A stretch of DNA of 64,000 bases from Azolla caroliniana (taxonomy: Eukaryota > Plantae > Polypodiophyta), in assembly GCA_043228905.1 (NCBI GenBank), contig JBHGNT010000018.1, positions 5,456,001 to 5,520,000 of the forward strand, given 5' to 3'. The notes beneath the pieces are model-generated. The model was not told the origin of the DNA, ran no database searches, and saw only the letters and a program-made list of their open reading frames with translations. Below, piece by piece: positions 43,700-55,708 of the stretch (its first letter is position 1; each line of letters opens with the position of its first letter). The position numbers and the translations under genes were made by a program.

Positions 43700-46600
43700 A
43701 TTGCACTCTTGCAATGGAAAGTTAGGGAAGTTAGTTCTAAGAGTATTTTCGTGTTCCCATGTGGCATCTTTTATTGATTTATCCATCCATTTTATTTTAA
43801 ATTCTCGAATTTCTTTAGTACGTAATTTTTTTGTTTTAACATCGAGAATTCTTTCTGGTACATGTGGTTTAGAAGATAATTCTTTAGAAGTAACCAGAGT
43901 TTCAGTTGTAACTGTATTGTCGCCAGAACCTAGAAGTTCTTTTAGACGACTCACATGAAAAACTGGATGAATTCCAACACCATCGGGAAGAGTGAGACGA
44001 TAGGCTGATGACCCAATGTGTTTGAGGACTCGTGGTCCGTAGTTACCACAAAGCGATTTCCATAAAGATAATGGCGCCATGTTTTGAGCGCATGTATAAC
44101 TGCAAATAATTCCTTTTCTTGAATGGTATACCGACATTGACCAGAATCAAGTTTCTTACTCTCGAATGCTATTGGTTTACCATCTTGATATAAGACAACT
44201 CCTATAGCATAATCGCTTGCATCAGTTTCAACCTCAAAAGGTTTTGAAGGATCGGGTAAAAGAAGTGAAGGAGCCTTGCATACCAGGTCCTTGAGTTCCT
44301 TAAAGGTGAGGTCTAGTGTAGCATTCCAAACAATAGGTTTTGTAGACTTATGCGTTTGACCTTTTAAAAGATCAGTAAACGGCGTCGTCAATTGGGAGTA
44401 ATTACAAAGGGATTTTTGCAAAAACCCGACAAAACCAAGGAATGATCGAACTTCTCGAATGTTCCGAAGAGTGGGCCAAAGCTTGATTTTCTCGATGCGA
44501 GAAGGATCAATTTCAACTGCTCGTTCGGTTATGAGATGTCCAAGATAAGTAATTGATTTCTTGAAGAACTCACATTTTGAGATCTTCGCGTAAAACTGTT
44601 TGTCACGCTGTCGTAGTGTAATTCGCACACTACGTGAAAAATTACATTTTTGGTCTCTCTGGATAGGACATGGAGTACCTAGTGAGAACCGAAAGGAGGA
44701 ACCGGTAAGGATCGAAACCGGTAAGGAGACCGGGCAAGAGCCGGATGAAGAAGGCCGGTGAGAGTCGGTGAGAAACGGACGAAGAGGACTGGTAAGGAGG
44801 ACCCGGTAAGAACCGGATAAAGAAAACCGGCGAGAACCGGATGAAGCGGAACCGGCAAGAGCCGGATGAAGAAGGCCGGTGAGAGCCTCTCACTGGATGA
44901 AGAGACATATTTGTAAATAGAAGAAACTATAAAAATATATATTACATGCATAGGGCAAGATTCGAACCTTGCACCTCCATGTTAATAATGTTAAGCCTTA
45001 TCACTATACTAGCATATTATGAATTTTAAAGGTATACTAAACTTTATCCTATGTAAATATTCTAGATATGCATGGTACAAAAAGTTACTCATACATACAC
45101 ACTTGAGTTAAAAGAAAAAGATGGGATAGAAAGTTAATCATGCACATGCAGTGTGCATGAAAACTAAAGTTAGAAAAAGCATGTTAGATAAAGCATATCG
45201 TCTATAGTTAGAGAAAAAGCATGGATTGTGAAGACTCTCTCATCACTATATAAGGATGAGGAGCACAATGTAATAGGTGTGTGAAATATTTGGGGAATTG
45301 GATATATTTCCTAAAACACCAATTAATATAATATATTCGTGGGATTCAGGAAGTTGTGATCAAAATTGTCTCTTACTATCTAAATATTGATTAAATACAC
45401 TAAACTCGTGTGATTCATGAGATTCATAACTTACCTATCTTTCTAATAATCTATCCATAACTATAAACTTGTCTCAAATTCTTCCTCCTCCTAGTCCAAA
45501 ACCCCAGTGGTTCCCACTCGACTCACGCAAACGATCCGGAACCGAAAGGCACGACAACGCAATGTTTGTAAAACAAAGCGGACATGTTTAGCATGTTCTT
45601 GTAATGTACGGCTATAAACTAAAATATCATCCAAGAAAATAACGACAAATTTTCCAACTTGTTGTTCTCGGAAAATGTCATTCATTTCTTGTTGAAATGT
45701 AGCTGGAGCATTGGTCAAACCAAAAGGCATAACCAAAAACTCATAATGGCCATAACGCGTACGAAATGTTGTTTTAGGAACATTGTCCTCACTTATACGA
45801 ATTTGATGGTAGCCAGTACGGAGATCAAGTTTCGTAAAATACCGAGCTCCCTAGAGACGGTCAATTAGATCGTCAGCCCGGGGCAATGGATATGAATTCT
45901 TGATTGTTACTTTATTCAAGCGTCAGTAATTAATACACATACGCCATGTGCCCTCTTTCTTTTTAACCAAGAGAACTGGTGCACCCCATGGAGATTTACT
46001 ATAATGTATATAACCCATTCGTAAATAGTCCTTGAGTTGGTTAGATACCTCATCCTCTTCGGATCGACTTAAGCGATAATGAGGTATACTTATTGGTGCA
46101 ACGCCAGGTACAATATCTATACGATGGTCTATATTACGTTTAGGAGGTAACCCATTTGGTAGTTCACTCGGAAAAACATCATGAAAATCATTTAAGATTT
46201 CATCAAGTTGTTGTTGTTCAAAATATGTTAATTGAACCGAGACATTATCGATATTGTAAACGTGAATGTCCGGATCAAGTACACAATAAAATAGAGTAGA
46301 ACAAGACAACTCAGATATTGATGGAGAGGAAACAATCGAGAGGGATTGTTTTTTTACACATTGAATAAAATGAGTACAATCATTCAGTACAAATGTTATT
46401 GAATGATGAACCCAATCAATAGATAAAGAAGAGTTTTTATTATAAAACCAGGGATAACCCAATATTACATCAGTGGTACAAAGATTCATTACATGGAAGT
46501 CTACTTCCTCTATATAAGTATCAATAGAAATTCCTAATGAATGAATCGCCCAATTGATGTATTGTACTCTTCCATCAGCCAAGTGCAACGTGTAGGTGTG

Positions 46601-46702
46601 ATCACTTACGGTGGGTTGGATTCCCCATATCTGAACCAAACAATCATTCAAAAAGTTGTGTGAGCTTCCCGAATCAAATAAAAATTGTACGGGAGATCCA
46701 TT
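43700..46702 (-). pseudogene. Chromovirus pol (protease, RT, RNase H, integrase tail, chromodomain; integrase core deleted)
   Basis: ORFs 45923-46651, 45491-45736, 43951-44628, 43667-44137. Confidence 0.88.
44609..45556 (+). mobile_element. Solo LTR 1 (948 bp), 4-bp TSD ACGC
   Basis: TGTCGTAG...CACGACA; removing it restores RT reading QTLRDKQF; homologous to 56395-57133; TATA at ~45245. Confidence 0.9.
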
Positions 46703-46707
46703 GATAT

Positions 46708-47340
46708 TATTAGAAATATTGAGAATCGAGTAGATAGGTATATAGAGTTACAACTGCAGAGATGGATATATGAAAACAGAATTTCTATTACATATGAGAG
46801 TAGTTCAAAATGGTAGTTTTCCCATGCGCTCACACCTTAGAGCTTAGATAGGATATGGACCGGCTCACTACAAAATTAGTGGGGACAAATGATCAATCTC
46901 ACCACTGTGTGAGAAAAGTGACTTATAATCTATGTTTGGTCTTAGTATAAATGTGCAAGTCAGTTGACAGTAGTGGAGATATTCCTTTTCTGTCAACTGA
47001 CTTGTCATTTAATATGACCCAACTCCCTAGGTACAGGCTAGTGCTAGATAATACTTATCTTGAAGTCAATGACGCATACTTCAAGACTAAGTACATCGTA
47101 ACTTGCCCACAAAATATTCTAGCTGACTTGATTAGCCAATCCTTTTATCTATTTCTCTCTTTCCTAAATATATTGTGTCCTACGCATCTACGGTTTCCTA
47201 GATTAACACCTTATCGACCCATATGGTCGAGTTGCACACTAGCCGCTCCTCTTTTGGGGCGCTATCACAAAATGTGCACTCTAAGAGCACATATGGGGAT
47301 AGATTTACAACTTGGGGCTGATCATTGATTATATCTAACA
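46708..47340 (-). repeat. Copia D 3' LTR
   Basis: Repeat of 51533-52165. Confidence 0.95.
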
Positions 47341-50300
47341 CGCCCCCTCAATGATCAACCCATTGAGTTCACTTGGAATTGGGCCAACACCTAGTCGTCG
47401 AAGGTGTTGTTGCAACTGTTCTGCTCCAAGCGCCTTTGTGAAGATATCTGCAGCATTTTCTGATGTTGGACAGTACTCAAGCTCCACAATCCCATCATTT
47501 ATTAGCTCCCGCACATAGTGATACTGAATCTCTATGTGTTTAGTACGTGCATGAAATACGGGGTTCTTGGCAATGGCCATGCAACTCTGATTGTCACACC
47601 TCAATACCGTTGCCGTCCTTATTGGGACTGCCACATCCATAAGGATTCTTCTTAGCCAAACTACCTCGCATGCCGCTATGCATGCTGCTTTGTATTCTGC
47701 CTCCGTTGAAGATAGTGCCACTGTTGGTTGTTTTTTACTACTCCATGAAACAGCTCCAGATCCTATTGAAAAACAATATCCAGAAACTGATTTTCTGGAA
47801 TCACTATCTCCAGCCCAATCGGAGTCGCAATATCCACTAAGTTGGTCAATTGTTGGCTTGTAGAAGATTCCATAATTTAAAGTACCCACAATGTACTTTA
47901 ATACACGTAGAGCAGCTTTCCAATGAGTCTCCTTCGGCTTGTTGCTGAATCGACTCACCACATTGACTGCAAAACAAATATCCGGCCTAGTGTTGCATAG
48001 GAAAATTAGACTTCCTACTAGTTGTCTATACTTCCTTATGTCAACCATTGGTGATGAGTCTTCTTGGGATAGCTTGCAGTTTGACTCCATTGGAGTCGAC
48101 TTCGACTTGCTGTCCATCATCCCGAAGGTCTTCAAGATCTCTGTTGCATACTTTCTTTGTGACATGAAGATGCCGACCGAGGTTTGCCAAACCTCAATTC
48201 CAAGGAAGTAGTGTAGAATCCCCAAGTCTGTCATTTCAAACTCAGTTTTCAAACACTCTTGTGTTTGGCCAATGCACTCTTCATGGTCACCAGTAAGTAC
48301 TAGATCATCCACGTAAATGATAATGATGACTTGTTTCCCGTCCTTCATTTTGACATACATACTTGCATCCGAAGCACATTGCTTAAAGTCGATTGATCGT
48401 AAGAAGCTGTCTATCCTCTTGTTCCAAGCTCTTGGTGCTTGCTTTAGACCATATAGTGCCTTCTTCAGCTTGCAAACTTTGTTTTCTGAATTCGGTATCT
48501 CAAACCCCGGTGGTTGTGTCACATATACCTCCTCCTTGAGATGCCCATTCAGAAATGCTGATTTGACATCCATTTGATAAATCGGCCATCCTCTTGAAGC
48601 AGCCAACGCTATGACCATTCGAATTGTTGTCATGCGAGCTGTCGGGGCAAATGTTTCTTGTACATCGAACCCTTCAATTTGGGAGTATCCTTGCGCTACT
48701 AGCCTGGCCTTGAATTTCTCCAAAGAGCCATCAGCTTTATACTTTACTTTCCATACCCACTTCGTGCCTATCACCTTCTTCTTTGTTGGCCTCTCTACCA
48801 ACTCCCATGTGTCATTTTTCATGATGCTATCATATTCTGATATCATCGCCTCTTTCCACTTCGGGTCGGCCATAGCTTCCTCCACCGAGATCGGCTCACT
48901 CACTGAGCCTATGATGTCCACCATCAGAGCCATGTTGACAATGTGGTCAGAGGTTCTTCCTTGCTCCTGTATTCTTCTTGATCTTCGTAATCCATCAGTT
49001 GAAGTTTCAAGAAACTCAACTTTAGGAGTATGATCATTGAAGAGTTGTTGAGCCCACTTAGGTATTTTCTTTACATGTGGGACTGGCATAGGCTGAACTA
49101 GTGAACCATTACCATCAGATGGTTCAGTTTCCTTTTTTGGATAATGGGTCGGGATTGGGTAAAATACTTCTTCAGTTGATGAGATAACTTGAGAATCGTT
49201 GTTCTCAGCTAGCTGTGGTTGTTCCTCATCGAACACCACATCGCGGCTTGTCAATATCTTTCTTGCCTCTGGATCGTAGAGTCGATAGGCCTTTGACTCT
49301 TCACTATATCCGAGAAAGATACACTTTTTGCTTTTAGCATCCAACTTCTTTCTGCTCACATCTGGAATATGTGTGTAGCACATACACCCAAAGGTTCTGA
49401 AGTGCAGCACTGAAGGTTTCTTGCCTGAATAAGCTTCTTGGGGTGTTTTCCCTTGAAGTGCCTTCGTGTAGCTCCGATTGAGGATGTAAACTGCTGTGTT
49501 CACTGCTTCAGCCCAGAATGGGTCGGGCAGCGCTTGTGCCTTCAACATACACCTAGCCATCTCGACAACTGTTCGATTTCGACGTTCGACAACGCCATTT
49601 TGTTGTGGGGTGTAGGCAGTTGTAAGTTGGCGCTTAATTCCATGCTCTTTGCAATACTCACAAAATTCTATTGATAAGAATTCTCCACCTCGATCAGAGC
49701 GTAGCTCCTTCACTAACTTTCCAGATTCTCGCTCGACAAACTTATGCCATCTTTTGAAGATTTTAAAAGCTTCAGCCTTCTCCCGAAGGAAGTAAACCCA
49801 CATCTTTCTGCTGAAGTCGTCGACTATTAGCATATAGTAGAGAGATCCACCCATTGCAGGAGTCACCATTTTTCCAGAGAGGTCAATGTGTATTAGCTGT
49901 AGAGGAGTCTTTGCCCGATTTTGACTCTCTTTTGGAATGGCTGATCTTTGATGCTTGCCCATCATACAAGCATCACAAACATGACTTAAGTCAGATAGGG
50001 TTGGCAACCCAACTACCATATTCGACTTCTTCATCTCCTTCAACACAGCAACGTTGAGATGCCCAAATCTCTCATGCCATTGCTTTGTGTTGGTACTTGT
50101 GCTGTGGTCAGTAGAAATGGTAAACGCGCTCAGCTCATAGAGATTGTTGCGCCTCACCCCTATTCCTACAACCTTGCCAGCAGAATCTGTTATTTCTGCA
50201 CCCGACTTCTTGAATCGAACATCAAGACCCTTGTCAGTCAGTGCAGAAATGGACAGTAGATTCTTCTTCAGATCTGGCACGTACAACACTTGAGAGAGAT

Positions 50301-51429
50301 GCTTTGTCCCACCGGTCGTTGCTTTGAGGGAGACGGTTCCGGTTCCTTTGGCCGGACATCGAGCATTGTTCCCGACCACAACATTGATGGGCTCTTGTAG
50401 AGGTGTCCAAGAACTGTACCAGTCACGATTACTGGTCATATGTCGGGATGCTCCACTATCGAGAATCCAAGACTCATCAACAACTTGAGTGTCAACTGAA
50501 GAACACACTTCTTCAGTTGCGACCCATAACTCAAGTTCATCTACGACATTGTTAGCGGACTCGGGCTCTCTCCAAGAAGTCTTATTAGAACCACTCTTCT
50601 CATCCGCCATCTTCTTTCGACAATCCTTGATTGTGTGACCCTTCTTGTCACAGTAGAAACACGATTCATTGAACTTCTTCTTCTTCGGTATCCTATTCGC
50701 ATTGTTTGAATTGGATGCCCCTTCACCCTTAGTCCTAGAGACAAATGCTGAATCTTCCCTTTCTTCTCTTGTCTTCAGCCGAAGCTCCTCTTCAAGCAGC
50801 ATTGCACTTAGTTCATCAAATTTTAAAGGAGTGGGTCGAACCTGAGTGTTCAATGCTGTCACAATGCCATCATACTTGAAAGGAAGTACTCGAATGCACC
50901 GACGAGCCATATCCTCTTGAGAGACGACTACTCCAACAGCCGCCAGCTGATCTTGAAGATCCTTAATCCTTTTTACAAAGGATTCTACTTTCTCTCCATC
51001 AGCGAGCTTCTCTGCAGCAAGCTGATTTTCGAGGTTTTGTATCCTTGTATAGTTTCTGGTCTCATACTGGCTGGCCAATATGCTCCAAGCTTCATGTGCC
51101 CTAGTTGTATGTTGCACTAGTGTTAGTACGGAGTCACATACACCAGTGACTATGGTACATAGCGCATCAACGTTCCTTCTCTTCCAGGCTCGAAGTAGAT
51201 CAGCATTTGGAGGAATTGATGTGGTAGGGTGTGCAGGGTCAAAGGTTGCCATGGGCTCAGGGTCTCCCCCTGTGGGTCCCATGATTGTTTCCAACAACTC
51301 GTAGGAATCCAAAATGGCAGACATTTTGAACTTCCATAGAGTGTAGTTGGTTCCATCTAGCTTTCCATCAGACAATGGAGGTGGGCGAATGCGCAATGGA
51401 GCAGCTGCAACATTCGTGGACAAGGCCAT
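47335..51429 (-). CDS. Copia D gag-pol polyprotein, intact, 1364 aa
   Basis: [69 protein letters not shown]. Confidence 0.96.
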   Translation of the reverse strand: MALSTNVAAAPLRIRPPPLSDGKLDGTNYTLWKFKMSAILDSYELLETIMGPTGGDPEPMATFDPAHPTTSIPPNADLLRAWKRRNVDALCTIVTGVCDSVLTLVQHTTRAHEAWSILASQYETRNYTRIQNLENQLAAEKLADGEKVESFVKRIKDLQDQLAAVGVVVSQEDMARRCIRVLPFKYDGIVTALNTQVRPTPLKFDELSAMLLEEELRLKTREEREDSAFVSRTKGEGASNSNNANRIPKKKKFNESCFYCDKKGHTIKDCRKKMADEKSGSNKTSWREPESANNVVDELELWVATEEVCSSVDTQVVDESWILDSGASRHMTSNRDWYSSWTPLQEPINVVVGNNARCPAKGTGTVSLKATTGGTKHLSQVLYVPDLKKNLLSISALTDKGLDVRFKKSGAEITDSAGKVVGIGVRRNNLYELSAFTISTDHSTSTNTKQWHERFGHLNVAVLKEMKKSNMVVGLPTLSDLSHVCDACMMGKHQRSAIPKESQNRAKTPLQLIHIDLSGKMVTPAMGGSLYYMLIVDDFSRKMWVYFLREKAEAFKIFKRWHKFVERESGKLVKELRSDRGGEFLSIEFCEYCKEHGIKRQLTTAYTPQQNGVVERRNRTVVEMARCMLKAQALPDPFWAEAVNTAVYILNRSYTKALQGKTPQEAYSGKKPSVLHFRTFGCMCYTHIPDVSRKKLDAKSKKCIFLGYSEESKAYRLYDPEARKILTSRDVVFDEEQPQLAENNDSQVISSTEEVFYPIPTHYPKKETEPSDGNGSLVQPMPVPHVKKIPKWAQQLFNDHTPKVEFLETSTDGLRRSRRIQEQGRTSDHIVNMALMVDIIGSVSEPISVEEAMADPKWKEAMISEYDSIMKNDTWELVERPTKKKVIGTKWVWKVKYKADGSLEKFKARLVAQGYSQIEGFDVQETFAPTARMTTIRMVIALAASRGWPIYQMDVKSAFLNGHLKEEVYVTQPPGFEIPNSENKVCKLKKALYGLKQAPRAWNKRIDSFLRSIDFKQCASDASMYVKMKDGKQVIIIIYVDDLVLTGDHEECIGQTQECLKTEFEMTDLGILHYFLGIEVWQTSVGIFMSQRKYATEILKTFGMMDSKSKSTPMESNCKLSQEDSSPMVDIRKYRQLVGSLIFLCNTRPDICFAVNVVSRFSNKPKETHWKAALRVLKYIVGTLNYGIFYKPTIDQLSGYCDSDWAGDSDSRKSVSGYCFSIGSGAVSWSSKKQPTVALSSTEAEYKAACIAACEVVWLRRILMDVAVPIRTATVLRCDNQSCMAIAKNPVFHARTKHIEIQYHYVRELINDGIVELEYCPTSENAADIFTKALGAEQLQQHLRRLGVGPIPSELNGLIIEGAC

Positions 51430-51532
51430 TGATACTCTGTCTCTGTCTCTCTCTCTCTCTATTTCTCTCTGTTGCTAGACAGCAACTACCCGTATATACC
51501 TAATCTAGATCAACCTCTTCGCTCTGATACCA

Positions 51533-52165
51533 TATTAGAAATATTGAGAATCGAGTAGATAGGTATATAGAGTTACAACTGCAGAGATGGATATATGAAA
51601 ACAGAATTTCTATTACATATGAGAGTAGTTCAAAATGGTAGTTTTCCCATGCGCTCACACCTTAGAGCTTAGATAGGATATGGACCGGCTCACTACAAAA
51701 TTAGTGGGGACAAATGATCAATCTCACCACTGTGTGAGAAAAGTGACTTATAATCTATGTTTGGTCTTAGTATAAATGTGCAAGTCAGTTGACAGTAGTG
51801 GAGATATTCCTTTTCTGTCAACTGACTTGTCATTTAATATGACCCAACTCCCTAGGTACAGGCTAGTGCTAGATAATACTTATCTTGAAGTCAATGACGC
51901 ATACTTCAAGACTAAGTACATCGTAACTTGCCCACAAAATATTCTAGCTGACTTGATTAGCCAATCCTTTTATCTATTTCTCTCTTTCCTAAATATATTG
52001 TGTCCTACGCATCTACGGTTTCCTAGATTAACACCTTATCGACCCATATGGTCGAGTTGCACACTAGCCGCTCCTCATTTGGGGCGCTATCACAAAATGT
52101 GCACTCTAAGAGCACATATGGGGATAGATTTACAACTTGGGGCTGATCATTGATTATATCTAACA
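51533..52165 (-). repeat. Copia D 5' LTR
   Basis: Repeat of 46708-47340. Confidence 0.95.
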
Positions 52166-52170
52166 GATAT

Positions 52171-53210
52171 ACCCGTTTGCACGTAGTAAATAATTGGGAC
52201 CCAATACAAAGTGAGGGAAAGAACATTGACAATTACTTAAATGATGTGTATAGACCTGAAGGACATTAGGAATCTGACATTTATGGTCTGCAGCTTTAAC
52301 TTTGTTGTCGTGCTCTTTCCGTTAGAGCTTTCGACATTGTTCTTTTGTATGACCCTTTTGCAGAATACGCAAAAATGATGTTGTCGCTTAAAATCACGAT
52401 CCATGAATTCGTTGGGTGTCTTGCGTTTCCCAGCGAATTGCGACTGCTTAGTCCCGGGCGCTTCATTGGGTTTATTATGGTCCTTCTTCGAAGTGTGTTG
52501 ATAGCGAAGAACTATTTCAACGGCCTCTTCGAAGGATTTTGGATCCTTATCGTGCAATATCCAGTGATAGTCCGAATTGGGGATGCCATTGACAAAAGAA
52601 GCTATTAACCAATTGTCCCCTTCTAGACCTGATTTTTGGATTTGGGTTCTAGCATGGTGAACATAGTCTTCTAGCGAGGAAAACTTCCTGCTAGAGAGGT
52701 TCATTAAAGCTTGTGCTACCTCGGTTCAAGAGGGAGGTTGCAGAAATTGGCCCTTGAAAACTGTGACAAAATCTGTCCAAGTATCGGGCAATTTCCCCAA
52801 AATACGGAGCCTACGCCACCAGGCGACGACCTTACCCTCTAGTTCTCGACCGACATATGCAATCTTCGTACTATTTGGCGTGGGATAGAGCTCAAAATGA
52901 GACTCCCATCGGCCCAGCCACGTGTAGATTGCTTCTTCGGTTCTTTCCTTTTTTTCTCCCGGAAATGGCTTAACGGCAAACGATGGTTCAGCTTGTCGCT
53001 CATCAGGTCTATTAGTCTCACGTTGTAAACTAATGGCACATGCCTCGAGAGCACTTTGAGATTGCCGAAGTTCGGTCATCTGTTGAGCAGTGAAGCTAAG
53101 GTATTGGGTTATTTGCGAAAAGTACATCTCAATGGACATTTGTCCAGGAGGATTTCCTTGAGTTCCTTCCGCTTGAGCGGATGACATCGGGTCGTTATTT
53201 TGAGCCATTA
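52171..53210 (-). pseudogene. Chromovirus gag (disrupted)
   Basis: ELEGKVVAWWRR..TWTDFVTVFKGQF; PKSFEEAV; CVFC knuckle remnant. Confidence 0.8.
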
Positions 53211-54384
53211 AATGATTATTTCTGGAAAAGAAATAGGATAAGGTCAGAGAGATAGTCATAACATCATGTCGTGATGTAAACATATCATGGACAAACATTA
53301 ATCGATATCATGATCTCACGTCAATACCCCTCTAGACGTATGAGATGAGGTTAAAGATCAAGTTACTATGGTAACAGGAAGGTGTTTTAAAAACCATGGG
53401 GGTGACAAATAAATGTCTTTCCTTGATCTCTATATCGATTTTTTCATGGCGGCTCCCCGAGGCTCAACCATGTATGTACGCGTCATGAATAGTTTATACA
53501 CGAAAAAAATGTTAACAATAAACTATGTTTTGGTGCCCACATATGTGGTTTCGGCTCTTTAAGTCCTATTACGAGGACCCCGAAGTGCACTTAGACCTTA
53601 AGTCTAAACATGTGTTATAGTCATATGTATCAACGATGTTGTATGGTCTTGGTCATATTTGAACTCAAAACCTCGAGAACAAATACATTAAACACTTGAC
53701 CTACCCAATTAGGTTGCTCTTCTTGAATGTTTAATGTTTCACGCGTATAAAAGATACGCGGGGCATTTGCCCATATATGTTTTTTTTAAAAGAAACATAT
53801 ATGTCAAGAGTCCTTATTTCGCCCTCATTTACTACAAAATATGTTGGTACGTTACCTAACCACAAGTCTCATAATTACGATGGCATACGCCAAAGTGCAA
53901 CCTAATGGTCAAGCCAAATGAGCCCTCTTTTTGTAGTAGGCCCATGTGGCCCATCACATGGTTATGTCATTACGAATGCCTCTCGTAAGAATGATCTCAT
54001 GGTGGCATCGTATCCATGTAATGAGGGAGGGATGTTGGATATGTGTGTCATAGGAGCGACCTCACATGACGTGGGTCAAGCCCTACGTACTCAACATCAT
54101 TATGGCTATAGATGTTTCTTTACGTAACGAAATATCGAAGTCACCAACGGGGATTTCAACAATAAAAAATTGTTGAAAAAAGGGATGGTGACAACGCTAT
54201 TCTCACAAAAATGTGAGGACGGCCACCAAGATCCTTTCCCTGAAAAGGAAAACATTCGATTTAAAATCACATAATAACTTATATACACATACGTATATTA
54301 TCACATATATACGATCAACTACGTATACACGTGACCACATAGGCCTATATTAAACAAATCGTTATATTTAATAGCCAAAAATGA

Positions 54385-54656
54385 CGTAATCGAGATACGT
54401 AATTGAGGCATATACCTCTACGCACACGAGACATCCAAAAATAAGGGTTAATCGTAATACGCAATTGAGGTATTGACCTCTTATGCATACGAGACCAAAC
54501 GCATATCATTTCCAACGAATTGAGGTATTGACCTCATACGCAAACATAACATATGTTTGTGAACGTAATACGCAATTGAGGTATTAACCTTGTGCGCATA
54601 CGACACTCATCACATATTCAATATACGTCAAATGAGGTATTGACCTCATACACATA
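54385..54656. repeat. Five-copy array of a short palindromic motif in the chromovirus leader
   Basis: GAGGT-attg-ACCTC cores at 54405, 54467, 54522, 54578, 54634. Confidence 0.85.
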
Positions 54657-54874
54657 TGTAAACATTTTATACAACCAATGAATTACCACTACAACATCAT
54701 TGAATTAATGAAAAAAATCTACATATTAACCATACACATGATTAGATGGGAGAAGAAAAAATAGACAAAAAAAACAAGAAAGATTACCGAAGTTCTTTTG
54801 TTGATCGTTGTCTGGATCAAGGCCGACCGCACATCGATCAATCACCATCAATCACCAAAACAAAAGACAACAAA

Positions 54875-55009
54875 GGTTGTCTCAATCCCGAGGATTAAAA
54901 GTAATCCTCCCCTTCTTTACACTCTCGTTTAACCTTCAAACTTATCCACATGTATAGAATAGTACGGTAAAATCTGACCATGGGATATTATATGGTCATG
55001 CCCGTAACA
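54875..55009 (-). repeat. Chromovirus 5' LTR remnant
   Basis: Matches 43546-43680 only. Confidence 0.85.
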
Positions 55010-55014
55010 TCTAC

Positions 55015-55086
55015 GATACCTAGGAAAGAAGAAGCAGAGAAAACTCCGAGCGAAGAAGGGATGCTGCCAGTAAGCCTATTGAAAGA
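55015..55086 (-). pseudogene. Captured LRR-RLK fragment, 5' part (last LRR)
   Basis: [24 protein letters not shown], continuing as VDLCGTPL at 43223. Confidence 0.85.
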
Positions 55087-55499
55087 TTATAGGAGCATTA
55101 TGTTGGGGACGAATTCACCGGCTCTGACCTGAACGGTGAGGAATATTATGCAGAGGCAACATCAATACTGGAGCTTGACTATGAAGATTATGGGAGCTCA
55201 AGGAGGATGAGCAGTGCGGGTAGTAGAAGCTGTAGCCGACCTAGGCGACATTCAGGCAGCGACTATGTTCATATGTCTCGGAGAAGACCCGATCTTTTCT
55301 TCCATGGAACTACTTGCATAGATCAGCACACCAATGGCAATCTTGCATAGCGTAACAATTTCTTGCCCCAATCAGAATCTATGCGCACAAAAATCGCTGC
55401 CATGGATCCTCAGATGTACACAGAACGCGGAGGCGGAAGTACTGAGGAGGTAATTATGGAAGGAAAGGATGATGTTTATGATGAGCAGATGAGTTGCAA

Positions 55500-55708
55500 G
55501 AATAAGTACCAGAATACCCTGGAAGAATCCATTAAGTGAAGAAAATTGTGTTTAAAGGGTATTCTGGTAAATAGGGCTTGTAGAGTTCAGTGTATAATTA
55601 CTTTGTAAAGTGTATTTTTTGGACATAGGGGTAGTTTGGTAAATTTGAAATTTCCAAGGGTATTATGGTAAATAGACGAACTTCCAGGGGTATTCTGGTA
55701 CTTTTCCC
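55500..55708 (-). repeat. Pack-MULE right TIR
   Basis: Reverse complement of 41717-41911 with a short insertion. Confidence 0.9.

Larger units (their letters stand above)
46708..52165 (-). mobile_element. Copia D: intact, very young Ty1/Copia with TG..TA LTRs
   Basis: 633-bp LTRs 46708-47340 and 51533-52165 (one visible mismatch), TSD GATAT, PBS-Met 51521-51532 directly adjacent. Confidence 0.96.
43224..55009 (-). mobile_element. Degenerate chromovirus-type Ty3/Gypsy with nested solo LTR and Copia D
   Basis: TSD TCTAC (43219-43223, 55010-55014); 3' LTR 43224-43680, 5' LTR remnant 54875-55009; PPT 43681-43694; gag 52237-53298, protease [22 protein letters not shown], RNase H TDASDYA, chromodomain PERILD..FKIKW..ATWE. 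Confidence 0.92.
41717..55708. mobile_element. Non-autonomous Mutator-like element with captured gene fragments (Pack-MULE), expanded by nested retrotransposons
   Basis: Inverted arms GGGAAAAGTACCAG.. (41717) and ..CTGGTACTTTTCCC (55708), ~195-210 bp; perfect 9-bp TSD TATATGTAA (41708-41716, 55709-55717); no transposase; GC-richer gene-like interior. Confidence 0.92.

Noticed and set aside
46951-47328. 125-aa ORF present twice (also 51776-52153)
   Set aside because: Lies antisense in near-identical LTRs and has no recognisable motif; duplication is not evidence of coding
54385-54656. CRISPR array
   Set aside because: Eukaryotic retrotransposon context, degenerate repeats, related spacers, no cas genes
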